Shown: positions 8,597 through 18,098, numbered from the stretch's first letter. The stretch is 33,687 bases of DNA from Clostridiaceae bacterium (GCA_012522035.1 JAAYLF010000356.1:1-33687); one strand, 5' to 3'. Notes: generated from the sequence alone by a model not told the origin. Numbers and translations are program-made.

Positions 8597-9411
8597 CTTT
8601 TGGTTACATCATTCTCCTTGAGAAACTCTACAATTGCATTCACAATTTTATCCTGATATTCATCAGATACAAGCTTCTTCTCTTCCTCTTCATTGGTCAA
8701 ATATCCAAGCTCAAGTATCATGCAGGGACCTTCCGTCCAGTTGATACTTGTATAATTGTCGCTTCTTCGGACATTTCTGTTGGCAGCTCCTGTAGCATTT
8801 ACAAGCTTCTCCATAAGCATGTTTGCAATTGCAAGCTCATAGTTTGCAAGCTTCTTTGTTTCCTCGCTGCCATCTCCCTTGTCCCTTATATATATCTCCA
8901 TGCCGTGCACGTCCTTGTTATTCACTCCATTCAAATGGAGCCTGAGGGTCAGATGTGCTCCGAACTCATTGGACATAAGGGCTCTTTCCTTGTTGGATAT
9001 GTCCACGTCATGAGACTCTCTTGTCATAAGTACTTCCGCCCCTGCCTTTTCAAGAGCATCACGCAGTTTAAGGCCAATCTTCAAAGTCAGGATATATTCA
9101 GGTGTACCTGTTATTGCACCTGTTGTACCTGCCGCAATCTTTCTCTTTTTTTCACTGCTCCAGGGAGCCAGTTCCTCAAAATCATTGTTCGCTTTGCCCT
9201 GATGACCAGGATCAATGCATATCTTTAGACCATGCAAAGGAAGAACTTCGGTGGGAGAAGGAGTTGGTTCGTCTCCTTCTCCCGGTGTTTTATCAATATT
9301 ATCAGCTCCTGTTGGTTGTGCTGTTTCATCTGCTGGTACATTACCGTTTGCACATCCTGTAACAAGGAGTGCAATCAATACCAAAATTGCTGTTATCTTA
9401 TGTGTTTTCAA
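8593..9411 (-). CDS. N-acetylmuramoyl-L-alanine amidase (Amidase_3 family), lipoprotein
   Basis: TTG start with SD AAGGAG 9 nt upstream. Signal peptide plus lipobox LLVTGC. A Pro/Thr/Glu-rich linker precedes CIDPGHQGK...AAGTTG...LMTRE...LHLN, characteristic of Amidase_3. Confidence 0.85.
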   Translation of the reverse strand: MKTHKITAILVLIALLVTGCANGNVPADETAQPTGADNIDKTPGEGDEPTPSPTEVLPLHGLKICIDPGHQGKANNDFEELAPWSSEKKRKIAAGTTGAITGTPEYILTLKIGLKLRDALEKAGAEVLMTRESHDVDISNKERALMSNEFGAHLTLRLHLNGVNNKDVHGMEIYIRDKGDGSEETKKLANYELAIANMLMEKLVNATGAANRNVRRSDNYTSINWTEGPCMILELGYLTNEEEEKKLVSDEYQDKIVNAIVEFLKENDVTKR

Positions 9412-9427
9412 ATCGTACTACTCCTTC

Positions 9428-11893
9428 TTATTCAATAGTATAGCTGCCCGGTTCGTTAAGATTGATTCTTATACGATTGCCATCCCTTTCAAACTCGGAT
9501 ACGGGAACAACCTTGTCATTTATTCTTATCGTAGAATTTTCATCCTTGTTTATGAGGGGGAAGAACAATGAAGCCCTTGTGGGAACTGTGCAGTTATAAA
9601 CAAAGGTGCCGTTTTCCATTCTCCAGCTACTCTTTATTAGTCCGCTGGCAGATTCATACTCCGCCTCAACAAAGGTGATGTTCTCCTGACCTTCCGTCAG
9701 CTCATCCTTGGTTCTGGTATCGGGCATCGGTCTTAAGACCACATGTTTGAAACCAGGTTCGTCAAAGTCATTGTTTATGCCCGCCATATACTTGTACATC
9801 CACTCCAACACAGCACCGTATGCATAATGGTTGAAGGAGTTCATGCCGGCATCTCCAAAGCCCTTTTCAATCGTATAGGAGTTCCATCTCTCCCAAATTG
9901 TTGTCGCACCCTGATATACGCTGTACAGCCATGAGGGATCTTCCGTCTGCAGCAGCAAAGAGTACGCAATATTGCTTTTTCCAAACTCACTCAAGGTCTG
10001 GTTCAATATACCTGTTCCGATAAAACCGGTACTCAACCTGTATCCGTTGTCCTTTATCTTCTGCTCCAGGCAGTCCGCCGCTTCCTGAACATAGGATTCT
10101 GGCAGCATGCGTGTCTTTAGGGCCAGGAGATATGCTGTCTGGGAGGTTTCCTTAAGCTTTCCATTCTCGTCAAGGAATTTATCCTGGAAATGCTTCTTGA
10201 TATCCTCATATAGCTTTGCATACTCTACTTCCTTTTCCGAACCTATAGCCCTTGCCATGTCCCTCATGTACATGGTGCTCAAGGCAAACATGCAGCAGGA
10301 GATGTATTCCTTGTCGGTAGGCTCATAACTTAGCCAGTCTCCATACACTGCATTGCCTCCACCAAGGCCAAAACTCCTCAAGTACTGGATGTACCTGTCC
10401 ATAGCTTCAAAATTGTCCTCTATTATCTTCTTGTCACCATACATGCGGTAGATTACATATGGAACAATAACACCGGCATCCGCCCATGCAGCGTTGCCCT
10501 CTCCCACCACTCTGACACGGGGAGCCACATCAGGGAAAGCCCCATTTTCACTCTGGCAGTCCCTCATATCCTGCATCCACTTGTGGAAGAATTCGCGAAC
10601 GTCCGCATTGTAGCATGCCGCATTGACAAATATCTGCGTATCGCCTGTCCAACCAAGCCTTTCGTCTCTCTGCGGGCAGTCAGTAGGTATGCTTAAGTAG
10701 TTACCTCTCTGTCCCCATATCACATTACTGATCAGCTTGTTTACATCCTCACTGGATGTTCTTATTCTGCCTGTTTCCTTTGTATCCGATCCTACTACGC
10801 AGGCTTTGATAAACAGTATGCCAATGTCGTCATCCGCTGTAATTTCTGTGTATCTGAAACCGAAGAAGGTATGGGTTGGATTGTATGTCTCTCCAAACTC
10901 GTCCCCTCTCAAGATGTACTGTATCCTTGATTTTGCACTCCTGTAGTTTTCAGTATACAGACTTCCCTTCGGTCCGTCATTGCCTCTTGATTTGTCTCCG
11001 CTGTCATTGAGCATTTCAGCAAATCTCACAAGAAGACTTGTACCTCTTTTGCCTTTCACCGTGAATCTTGGCCATCCAACCAGGTTCTGACCAAAGTCTA
11101 TCAAAAGGGTTTGTCCCTTCCTTATTGTGACTTCCTGTCCTATCTCAAACTCATTTACATATACAACTTCGCCATAATCCGTTCCGTTGTCCCTTATTCC
11201 CTCATACAGCTTCATGCTGACAGGAAGCATGTTCAAAAATTCCCTCTCCCTGATTGCAGGCCCTATATGCTTTGAGACCTCACCTTTAAAGTTTGTATAA
11301 ATTAATGCATTGTTCCAATCCGAATCATCAAAACCGGGATATTTAAAGGCATCATTGTCTATTCTTGCATCGTAGAACTCTCCATCCCAAATATCCGCAT
11401 TCAAAACCGCACCGCCGACCTTGCATTTCCAGTCCTCGTCTGTACTGACATGGCTTGTGGTGCCGTCCGCATAAGTAAAATCAAGCCTTGCAAGAAAAGC
11501 CACGTTATCCTTCGGATAAGTATCGATATTGATTCTTCCCTGCCACCAGCCAGGAGACACAACTCCTGTTATGCAGTTTACGCCCTCTGTAAGATACTCT
11601 TTTACATCGTATTCATAATACAGAACTCTCTTTCTGTATTCTGTCCAGCCGGGCTTCAAAACATCCTTTCCCACCTTCTTGCCGTTTATATACAGTTCGA
11701 ATATGCCCAATGCAGTTGCTTTGACTACAGCATCTTTTATCTCTTTCGATACTGTGAATTCTTTTCTGAAAATAGGCAGTCCACCACCGTTTTTCAAAGG
11801 TGCCTTCCTGTAATCGGCAGTGCTCTGATGCTCCCAAGGATTTACTCCATTTTCCACTCTACGGTATTCAATACTTATCCATTTTGCTTCCAT
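9428..11893 (-). CDS. Alpha-L-rhamnosidase, glycoside hydrolase family 78 (no signal peptide)
   Basis: GH78 signature PTDCPQRDERLGWTGDTQIF. The N-terminal rhamnosidase domain pattern is present (ELYINGKKVG..LKPGWTEY..RVLYYEYDV). Length is 821 aa. Confidence 0.85.
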   Translation of the reverse strand: MEAKWISIEYRRVENGVNPWEHQSTADYRKAPLKNGGGLPIFRKEFTVSKEIKDAVVKATALGIFELYINGKKVGKDVLKPGWTEYRKRVLYYEYDVKEYLTEGVNCITGVVSPGWWQGRINIDTYPKDNVAFLARLDFTYADGTTSHVSTDEDWKCKVGGAVLNADIWDGEFYDARIDNDAFKYPGFDDSDWNNALIYTNFKGEVSKHIGPAIREREFLNMLPVSMKLYEGIRDNGTDYGEVVYVNEFEIGQEVTIRKGQTLLIDFGQNLVGWPRFTVKGKRGTSLLVRFAEMLNDSGDKSRGNDGPKGSLYTENYRSAKSRIQYILRGDEFGETYNPTHTFFGFRYTEITADDDIGILFIKACVVGSDTKETGRIRTSSEDVNKLISNVIWGQRGNYLSIPTDCPQRDERLGWTGDTQIFVNAACYNADVREFFHKWMQDMRDCQSENGAFPDVAPRVRVVGEGNAAWADAGVIVPYVIYRMYGDKKIIEDNFEAMDRYIQYLRSFGLGGGNAVYGDWLSYEPTDKEYISCCMFALSTMYMRDMARAIGSEKEVEYAKLYEDIKKHFQDKFLDENGKLKETSQTAYLLALKTRMLPESYVQEAADCLEQKIKDNGYRLSTGFIGTGILNQTLSEFGKSNIAYSLLLQTEDPSWLYSVYQGATTIWERWNSYTIEKGFGDAGMNSFNHYAYGAVLEWMYKYMAGINNDFDEPGFKHVVLRPMPDTRTKDELTEGQENITFVEAEYESASGLIKSSWRMENGTFVYNCTVPTRASLFFPLINKDENSTIRINDKVVPVSEFERDGNRIRINLNEPGSYTIE

Positions 11894-11941
11894 GATCTAT
11901 CCCCCTATGTTCCTATGGTACACTTGTTCCAATTTCCTTGT

Positions 11942-11970
11942 ATTATATATTCACACAATCTTTGTGTCAA
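11942..11970 (-). promoter_or_regulatory. Consensus sigma-A type promoter upstream of the GH78-amidase-TerB-ATPase-helicase gene string
   Basis: The minus strand reads TTGACA (11970-11965), a 17-nt spacer, then TATAAT (11947-11942). The -35 box overlaps the trmFO stop codon. SD GGGGGA precedes ATG 11893. Confidence 0.6.
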
Positions 11971-13262
11971 CCGTTCAAGCTTATCTTGATATTTTCAATT
12001 TCCTCAAGAGCATTTTCGGAAATCTTCCTTCTTCTCTCAGCCTTGTTTTTTATTCTAATATCCCCACTGGCAATTATGCCAAAATTAATTCCCATGGGCT
12101 GAAAATCCTTGCCCGGGTAGGTTGCCACATAATTTGCAAGAGCACCTATCGCAGTGGATTCCGGAAAGATTATTGGCGTCTTTCCCTGAAACAGTCTTGC
12201 AGCATTTATGCCTGCCACAAGTCCGGAGGACGTGGAATCCATATATCCTTCCACCCCGGTAATCTGTCCTGCAAAAAATATATTCTTACCTATAACTTTG
12301 TAAGTCCTGTCCAAAAACTTGGGAGACTTAAGGTATGTGTTTCTATGCATAACTCCGTATCTTGCATACTCTGCATTTCTAAGAGCAGGAATAAGGCCAA
12401 ATACTCTTTTCTGTTCTCCAAACTTGAGCCTTGTCTGAAAACCAACAATATTGTATATTGTGCCTTCGAGATTCTCCTGTCTCAGCTGTACAATGGCATA
12501 ATATTTCTTGTCAAACCCCACAGGTTTCAAAGGGCCAAACCTTAATGTGTCCACACCTCTCTTGGCCATTTCTTCAATTGGCATGCATCCCTCATAAAGC
12601 CTCAAATCATCAAAATCCTCAACATATGCAGTTTCAGCATTTATGAGGTTGTTATAAAATTCGAGGTATTCCTCTTTGGAAAGGGGGCAGTTTATATAAT
12701 CATCATCACCTTTTCCGTATCTGGAACCTCTGAATGCATGATTCATGTCAATGGATTCAGCATACACAATGGGGGCAGCAGCATCAAAAAACGAAAAAGA
12801 GGGACAAAGCTTTGCAATTTCCTGTGACAAGGCGTCACTGGTCAATGGCCCTGTTGCGTATATCGTTATTTCATCCTCAATTATCCTTGTTACTTCTTCC
12901 CTTGATATTTCAATCAAAGGATGACTCTCAATTCTTTCCGTTACAAGTCGGGAAAAAAGCTCCCTGTCTACAGACAGCGACCCTCCTGCAGGCACTTCGG
13001 CTTTCAATGCACAATCCATTATCAACGAGCCTAAAGACTTCATTTCTTCCTTTAACAAGCCGGAAGCATTTTCAATATTCCGTGCCTTAAAGGAATTGCT
13101 GCAGACAAGTTCTGCAAAATCTACGCTTTTATGCGCAGGTGAAAACTTTTTTGGTTTCATCTCATAAAGCCTTACAGGCACACCCCTTTCAGCTATCTGA
13201 AAGGCTGCCTCGCACCCTGCAAGACCTGCTCCAACCACATTAATCCTTCTGTCCATATGCAT
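11967..13262 (-). CDS. trmFO: Methylenetetrahydrofolate--tRNA-(uracil54-C5)-methyltransferase TrmFO (Gid)
   Basis: [37 protein letters not shown]...CSNSFK is the FAD-binding TrmFO N-terminus. The chosen ATG at 13262 overlaps the topA TGA (TGATG). The longer ORF start at 13304 would lie inside topA. Confidence 0.9.
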   Translation of the reverse strand: MHMDRRINVVGAGLAGCEAAFQIAERGVPVRLYEMKPKKFSPAHKSVDFAELVCSNSFKARNIENASGLLKEEMKSLGSLIMDCALKAEVPAGGSLSVDRELFSRLVTERIESHPLIEISREEVTRIIEDEITIYATGPLTSDALSQEIAKLCPSFSFFDAAAPIVYAESIDMNHAFRGSRYGKGDDDYINCPLSKEEYLEFYNNLINAETAYVEDFDDLRLYEGCMPIEEMAKRGVDTLRFGPLKPVGFDKKYYAIVQLRQENLEGTIYNIVGFQTRLKFGEQKRVFGLIPALRNAEYARYGVMHRNTYLKSPKFLDRTYKVIGKNIFFAGQITGVEGYMDSTSSGLVAGINAARLFQGKTPIIFPESTAIGALANYVATYPGKDFQPMGINFGIIASGDIRIKNKAERRRKISENALEEIENIKISLNG

Positions 13263-15379
13263 CAGCCCTTGCCATTCTCCACTACATCCATCTTGTAGGA
13301 GCATTTTTTATTACTGCAGACTATCTGTCTGCCGCCTCTTTTATTCACATACTCAAGATGCTCACCGCACTCGGGGCACTTTTCTCCTGTTGGCACATTC
13401 CAGGACTGGAACTCGCAATCCGGATAATTTGAACATCCTACATACTGACGTCCTGTCTTTGTTTTTCTGTATATCAAAGGCTTGCCGCAGGAAGGACAGT
13501 CAACCCCCACCTCTTCAACAATGGGTTTTGTGTTCCTGCACTCGGGAAATCCGGGACAAGCCAGGAATTTTCCATACCTGCCGGTTTTGTACACCATCAT
13601 TCTTCCGCATTTTTCACAAGGCACATCGCTTACCGGATCCTCCAGCTTTACTTTTTCAAGCTCCTTCTCAGCTTTTTGTACCTGCTTTTCAAAAGGCTCG
13701 TAAAAGTCTCTGATAACAGAAACCCAGTCTTCCTTGCCTTCGGCAATCTTGTCAAACCTGTCTTCAATATTTGCTGTAAACTCCACATTTACAATATCAC
13801 TGAAACTCTTTTTCAGAAGGTCATTAACTATCCTTCCAAGTTCTGTTGGATACAAAACCTTCTTTTCCCTTCTAACATATCCTCGTGCAAGAATTGTTGA
13901 GATGGTAGGAGCATAAGTACTTGGTCTTCCAATGCCGTGTTCTTCCAAAGCCTTGACCAGGGAAGCTTCCGTATACCTTGGTGGCGGCTGGGTAAAATGC
14001 TGCTTTTTATCCAGCTTGTGAAGATTCAAAACCTCGCCTGCTTCCAGAACCGGCAGCATCTTGTTTGCCTCTTCTTCATTGTCGTCATTGTCATCGCTCT
14101 TGGAATCCGTATAAATTGCGGTGTATCCCTTGAACTTCAACGTGCTGCCTGATGCCTTGAATATATAATCTCCCTTGGATGTGAGTATGTCAACACTTAC
14201 CGTATCATATACCGCTTCAGCCATCTGGGAAGCCACGAACCTTTCGTATATCAGTTTGTATAGTTTGTACTGGTCGTTTGTCAGTTTGTCCTTTATCTTG
14301 TCAGGAGCATGTTCAAGATAAGTTGGCCTGATTGCCTCATGGGCATCCTGCGCCTGATTCTTGTTTTTGTAAACCCTTTTCTTTTTGGGAACATACTCGT
14401 CTCCAAAATTGCTTTTAATGTATTCAAGAGCCTGGTTTTGAGCATTATCCGAAATCCTAACAGAGTCCGTCCTGATATACGTAACAAGACCGGTAACACC
14501 CAGTTTACCACCTAAATCAATACCTTCATAAAGCATCTGCGCAACCAGCATCGTCTTTGACGCAGGGAACCCAAATCTTCTGGATGCTTCCTGCTGCAGT
14601 GTGCTGGTGGTAAAAGGTGGTGCAGGGCTTCTCCTTCTTTCGGATTTCTTTATGTCAACAACCTTGAACTCACTGTTTTCAATCTCATTGTAGATGGCTT
14701 TTGCCTGTTCCTCGTTTTCAACCTCTATTTTTCCACCTTGTTTTCCGTGGAATTTGGCCTCAAACGTATCCTTTTTGCCAAACTTTGACAACAAGGCGGT
14801 AATGGACCAGTATTCCTTTGGCTCGAAGGCTTCTATCTCGTCTTCCCTGTCGCATATAAGTCTTGTGGCAACAGACTGCACCCTTCCCGCACTAAGTCCT
14901 TTTTTAACCTTTTTCCACAGAACAGGACTTATCTTGTAGCCAACAATCCTGTCCAAAACACGTCGTGCCTGGTAAGTGTCCACCAGATTCATATCTATCG
15001 GCCTTGGATTCTTAAAACCTTCCAAAACAGCATTTTTTGTTATTTCATTGAATGTTACCCTGCAAGGCTCATTGGCATCAATATCCAGCAGCTGTGTCAG
15101 ATGCCACGAAATGGCCTCTCCTTCCCTGTCCGGGTCCGTTGCAAGATATACCTTTTTTGCCTTTCCGGCTTCCTTCTTAAGGGTTTTAATCAAGTCTCCC
15201 TTTCCTCTTATGTTAATATATTGAGTTTCAAAATCATTCTCTATATCAATTGCCAACTTGCTTTTTGGCAAATCCCTTACATGTCCTGCCGATGCATCGA
15301 CCTTGTAACTTCTGCCTAAAAACTTCTTTATTGTATTTGCTTTTGTGGGTGACTCCACAATAACAAGATAATCAGCCAT
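13262..15379 (-). CDS. topA: DNA topoisomerase I with three C-terminal zinc ribbons
   Basis: [22 protein letters not shown] (Toprim), an active-site region, and three CxxC...CxxC fingers. SD GGAGG lies 9 nt upstream of ATG 15379. The upstream extension of the ORF has no SD. Confidence 0.95.
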   Translation of the reverse strand: MADYLVIVESPTKANTIKKFLGRSYKVDASAGHVRDLPKSKLAIDIENDFETQYINIRGKGDLIKTLKKEAGKAKKVYLATDPDREGEAISWHLTQLLDIDANEPCRVTFNEITKNAVLEGFKNPRPIDMNLVDTYQARRVLDRIVGYKISPVLWKKVKKGLSAGRVQSVATRLICDREDEIEAFEPKEYWSITALLSKFGKKDTFEAKFHGKQGGKIEVENEEQAKAIYNEIENSEFKVVDIKKSERRRSPAPPFTTSTLQQEASRRFGFPASKTMLVAQMLYEGIDLGGKLGVTGLVTYIRTDSVRISDNAQNQALEYIKSNFGDEYVPKKKRVYKNKNQAQDAHEAIRPTYLEHAPDKIKDKLTNDQYKLYKLIYERFVASQMAEAVYDTVSVDILTSKGDYIFKASGSTLKFKGYTAIYTDSKSDDNDDNEEEANKMLPVLEAGEVLNLHKLDKKQHFTQPPPRYTEASLVKALEEHGIGRPSTYAPTISTILARGYVRREKKVLYPTELGRIVNDLLKKSFSDIVNVEFTANIEDRFDKIAEGKEDWVSVIRDFYEPFEKQVQKAEKELEKVKLEDPVSDVPCEKCGRMMVYKTGRYGKFLACPGFPECRNTKPIVEEVGVDCPSCGKPLIYRKTKTGRQYVGCSNYPDCEFQSWNVPTGEKCPECGEHLEYVNKRGGRQIVCSNKKCSYKMDVVENGKG

Positions 15380-15453
15380 TTTTCTTTCCTCCAAAATATG
15401 TTTGCTCAATATAAACCAACTCATGATAGCACAATCCGCATTTTCCATCAATA

Positions 15454-16545
15454 TTATATTACAACCTGCAGATTACCATGTCTATCTCTTCCCAAAATCC
15501 CCTTCACTTCCAAAATCGTCGTAATTGCAACGACTCTTGCACTGTCCAGTCCGGTTATGCTGCTGATTTCCTCGATCTTTACTCCTTTGTAAATCAAATC
15601 TGCAACCACTGCCTCCTCCTTGTCCAAACCATTCAGCCAGCCAACAGTCCCTGCAATTTTCCTTCCTTCAACCAAATTCAAACCTTCCAAAACATCTATA
15701 TGGCTGGTGGCAATACAAGCACCAGCCTTTATCAGGCTGTTACACCCTTCGCTGTAGCTTGAATCAATATTGCCAGGTACGGAGAATATATCCCTTCCCT
15801 CATTTATTGCAAAGTTAACCGTTATCATGGCACCGCTTTTCTTTCCTGCTTCACAAACAAGAAGCCCTTTGCCAAGACCTGCAATTATTCTGTTTCTTGC
15901 CGGAAAATGATGCTTAAGTGGCATTGTTCCTGGCGGGTGCTCTGAAAGAACAAGCCCGTTCTCTTTTATCCTGTAATATATGACCTCGTTCTCCATAGGA
16001 TAAATATTGTCAGGCCCTCCTCCCAATACAGCAATCGTGTATCCTTCAGCATCAAGACATCCCGCATGCGCTCTGGCATCAATTCCTTTTGCCATTCCGC
16101 TTACAATCCCAACACCGTGTTTTGCAATATTGAAGCACATGTCATAAGTGACTTTTCTTCCGTATGCGGAACACTTTCTTGAACCCACCACCGACAAGAG
16201 AGTCGTGTTTTTATCCGGCAATTTACCATAATAGTACAAAACGAAGGGCGGGTCAAATATATTTTTCAAATCCTCAGGATAATCCTCCCTGAAGACATGC
16301 GTTATCTTAACCCCCTTCTCCAAAACCCTTTCATAAATCCTTGCTGCTCTGTCCTTAATGGATTCATCTAGTAGTCTCTGACATAATAACCGATTATTCC
16401 TTAATTCACAAGTCACATCAGAATAACTTCCAACCAAATAAGCTTCTCTCAAACTCCCATAGTTTTCGACCAGCAAATTTGCAATTTTGCCTGCAGGTCT
16501 TCCAAGCAAAGTAACCCAAATATGTACAAGATTATCCGAATACAT
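15454..16545 (-). CDS. dprA: DNA-processing protein DprA (Smf)
   Basis: SVVGSRKCSAYGRKVTYDM...GIVSGMAKGIDARAHAGCLDAEGYTIAVLGGGPDNIYPMEN is the DprA Rossmann core. SD GGAGG lies 8 nt upstream of ATG 16545, which overlaps the upstream gene's TAA. Confidence 0.9.
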   Translation of the reverse strand: MYSDNLVHIWVTLLGRPAGKIANLLVENYGSLREAYLVGSYSDVTCELRNNRLLCQRLLDESIKDRAARIYERVLEKGVKITHVFREDYPEDLKNIFDPPFVLYYYGKLPDKNTTLLSVVGSRKCSAYGRKVTYDMCFNIAKHGVGIVSGMAKGIDARAHAGCLDAEGYTIAVLGGGPDNIYPMENEVIYYRIKENGLVLSEHPPGTMPLKHHFPARNRIIAGLGKGLLVCEAGKKSGAMITVNFAINEGRDIFSVPGNIDSSYSEGCNSLIKAGACIATSHIDVLEGLNLVEGRKIAGTVGWLNGLDKEEAVVADLIYKGVKIEEISSITGLDSARVVAITTILEVKGILGRDRHGNLQVVI

Positions 16546-17153
16546 TAAACAATCCTCCTTTTTAAATGTAAATAGCACGATACATATCCCAAGGCTTCAG
16601 CCACATCAAACCTGGATATCGTCTCTCGAAACTCAAGATCCGCTATTGTTCTTGCCACCCTGACCACCTTGTCCATGTCTGTCATGCTGCATTTAAAAAA
16701 CTTCTGCGCATCTTTTAAAAATTCCTGTGCCTCAAAATCCATCCTGCAATACTTTTCAAAACCATTTCTACTCAGATTTCCGTTATACTTTGACTTATTG
16801 TTTCTGTACCGCCTTTCCTGCATCCTGTGCACAGCATTTATCCTTTCACAATCCACATCCTGCCTCAAATCATTAATCGGCACGTACATGTCCGACAAGT
16901 TTAGTTGTCTGGATGGAATGTTGGCAAGTGTGTACTGTATGTCCAAATCAGAACATGTACAAGCTCCCCTGAAAAACCGACCACATTTGCAGGGCAAGCA
17001 ACAAGCAATAAAAAATTTTTCTATTGTAATTGGCATTAAATCAACACTGCCAAAAAAAATGCAGTTGTGTTTTCCTGACAAAGCTATTTCCAAAACCCTC
17101 TTCAAACTATACATGGCTTTTCCTTTCTGAATAATAAAAAAACCCTCCATCAT
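16545..17153 (-). CDS. ComM/YifB (Mg-chelatase-like) remnant lacking the Lon-like N-domain and the AAA+ core
   Basis: KRVLEIALSGKHNCIFFGS parallels KRALEIAAAGGHNLL.GPPGSGKT, but the Walker A motif is absent. CLPCKCGRFFRGACTC matches the NPCPCG...C.C zinc motif. VVRVARTIADLEFRETISRFDVAEALGY matches the Mg_chelatase_C end. SD AGGAG lies 9 nt upstream of ATG 17153. Confidence 0.55.
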   Translation of the reverse strand: MMEGFFIIQKGKAMYSLKRVLEIALSGKHNCIFFGSVDLMPITIEKFFIACCLPCKCGRFFRGACTCSDLDIQYTLANIPSRQLNLSDMYVPINDLRQDVDCERINAVHRMQERRYRNNKSKYNGNLSRNGFEKYCRMDFEAQEFLKDAQKFFKCSMTDMDKVVRVARTIADLEFRETISRFDVAEALGYVSCYLHLKRRIV

Positions 17154-17212
17154 TGCAGCACTCCTGCAATATTCTGGGGGGATAAAAAATCAAATTCGGT
17201 TTTAGAGCTTAT

Positions 17213-17680
17213 TTACTCACTTCTTGTGCTGTTTTGCATGATTCCTTTCAGTTCTTCCATGAAGGTATCTATATCCTTGAACTCCTTGTAAACGGACGCA
17301 AATCTTACATAAGCCACCTGGTCAAGATGTCTTAGCTTTTCCATAACAAATTCTCCAATTTCCTTGGAGGTAATTTCCTTCTTCAAAGAATTTAAAAAAT
17401 ACTGTTCAGCTTCATCTGCAAGTGCTTCCACCTGCTTGAGCTTGATTGGTCTTTTCTCACAGGCTCTCATAACACCAGAGATAAGCTTGTACCTGTCAAA
17501 GGCCTGTCTTGTTCCGTCTTTTTTAATAACGAACAACTGGGTGCTCTCAATCTTCTCATAAGTAGTATATCTGGATCCGCAAGCCAAGCACTCTCTGCGC
17601 CTGCGAATAACGGTATGTTCATCCGTAGGCCTTGAGTCTATTACCTTGTCGTCCAAATGATTGCAGTAAGGACACTTCAC
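17213..17680 (-). CDS. nrdR: Transcriptional repressor NrdR (zinc ribbon + ATP-cone)
   Basis: VKCPYCNHLDDKVIDSRPTDEHTVIRRRRECLACGSRYTTYE... The GTG start at 17680 is preceded by GGTGGAG. The longer ORF to 17725 would run through the gene's own predicted promoter. Confidence 0.9.
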   Translation of the reverse strand: MKCPYCNHLDDKVIDSRPTDEHTVIRRRRECLACGSRYTTYEKIESTQLFVIKKDGTRQAFDRYKLISGVMRACEKRPIKLKQVEALADEAEQYFLNSLKKEITSKEIGEFVMEKLRHLDQVAYVRFASVYKEFKDIDTFMEELKGIMQNSTRSE

Positions 17681-17713
17681 TTCAGCTCCACCCACTTTCA
17701 AAATATTTAGTAT

Positions 17714-17743
17714 ATTATACAACATTTTCCTATATCATTGCAA
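17714..17743 (-). promoter_or_regulatory. Predicted nrdR promoter
   Basis: The minus strand reads TTGCAA (17743-17738), an 18-nt spacer, then TATAAT (17719-17714), about 30 nt upstream of the nrdR GTG. Confidence 0.5.
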
Positions 17744-17939
17744 GGAATAAAAAGGTCTTCCGGTTTAGAAAACCGGAAGACATCAAATCAGAAGTAACCT
17801 TGCTTTCAGGCATCCTTGCCTTGTCCAGCTCAAATCTATCAAGGTCAACAAAATGGCTTAAAAAATCATATGCAATATCAGCCAGATCATCAACTGAGTC
17901 TACAGGTTTGCTTTCACTTAATACTGTGTTGAACGCCAT
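17730..17939 (-). CDS. Hypothetical small acidic protein (69 aa) or non-coding transcript; coding status doubtful
   Basis: The ORF begins MAFNTVLSESKPVDSVDDLADIAYDFLSHFVDLDRFELDKARMPESK... There is no convincing SD. The stop codon (17730-17732) lies downstream of the terminator hairpin and U-tract. Confidence 0.2.
   Translation of the reverse strand: MAFNTVLSESKPVDSVDDLADIAYDFLSHFVDLDRFELDKARMPESKVTSDLMSSGFLNRKTFLFLAMI
17746..17781 (-). terminator. Rho-independent terminator immediately upstream of the nrdR promoter
   Basis: An 11-12 bp perfect stem gtcttccggtt / aaccggaagac (17755-17781). On the minus strand it is followed by CTTTTTATT. Confidence 0.75.
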
Positions 17940-18098
17940 GAATAGTTTATCCGTACCGGAAACAAAAACCACTCAATTTCTGTATTTTATTTCGCACTTT
18001 CCTTTAACCTTACTTTATATTACAATACATAAACTCCAATAACACAAATTTCTTTTTTGGGTAACGGTTTATTAATCTTTTATACATGGTCTGCTTCA

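Noticed and set aside
11892-12545. 217-aa ORF antisense to trmFO. Similar long antisense ORFs occur at 11450..11989, 16669..17130, 22091..22615, 24704..25264, 28881..29300, 30256..30678 and 32228..32750.
   Set aside because: Each lies opposite a gene with strong family-level motifs. They have low-complexity or Cys/Phe/Ser-rich composition, no SD and no recognisable motif, so they are shadow ORFs.
13263-13304. N-terminal extensions offered by the ORF track for trmFO (13304). The same applies to topA (15451), dprA (16578), nrdR (17725), the tmk-like gene (21891), dpnA (29350), dpnM (30245) and rnj (31353).
   Set aside because: In each case an internal start has a proper SD and reproduces the conserved family N-terminus. 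The extension lacks an SD and overlaps the upstream gene or a predicted promoter.
17785-18060. Riboswitch or T-box leader upstream of nrdR
   Set aside because: I could not find a T-box consensus or a specifier-loop arrangement, nor any riboswitch core I recognise. In addition, nrdR has its own promoter downstream of the terminator, so the hairpin is not an attenuator within the nrdR leader.
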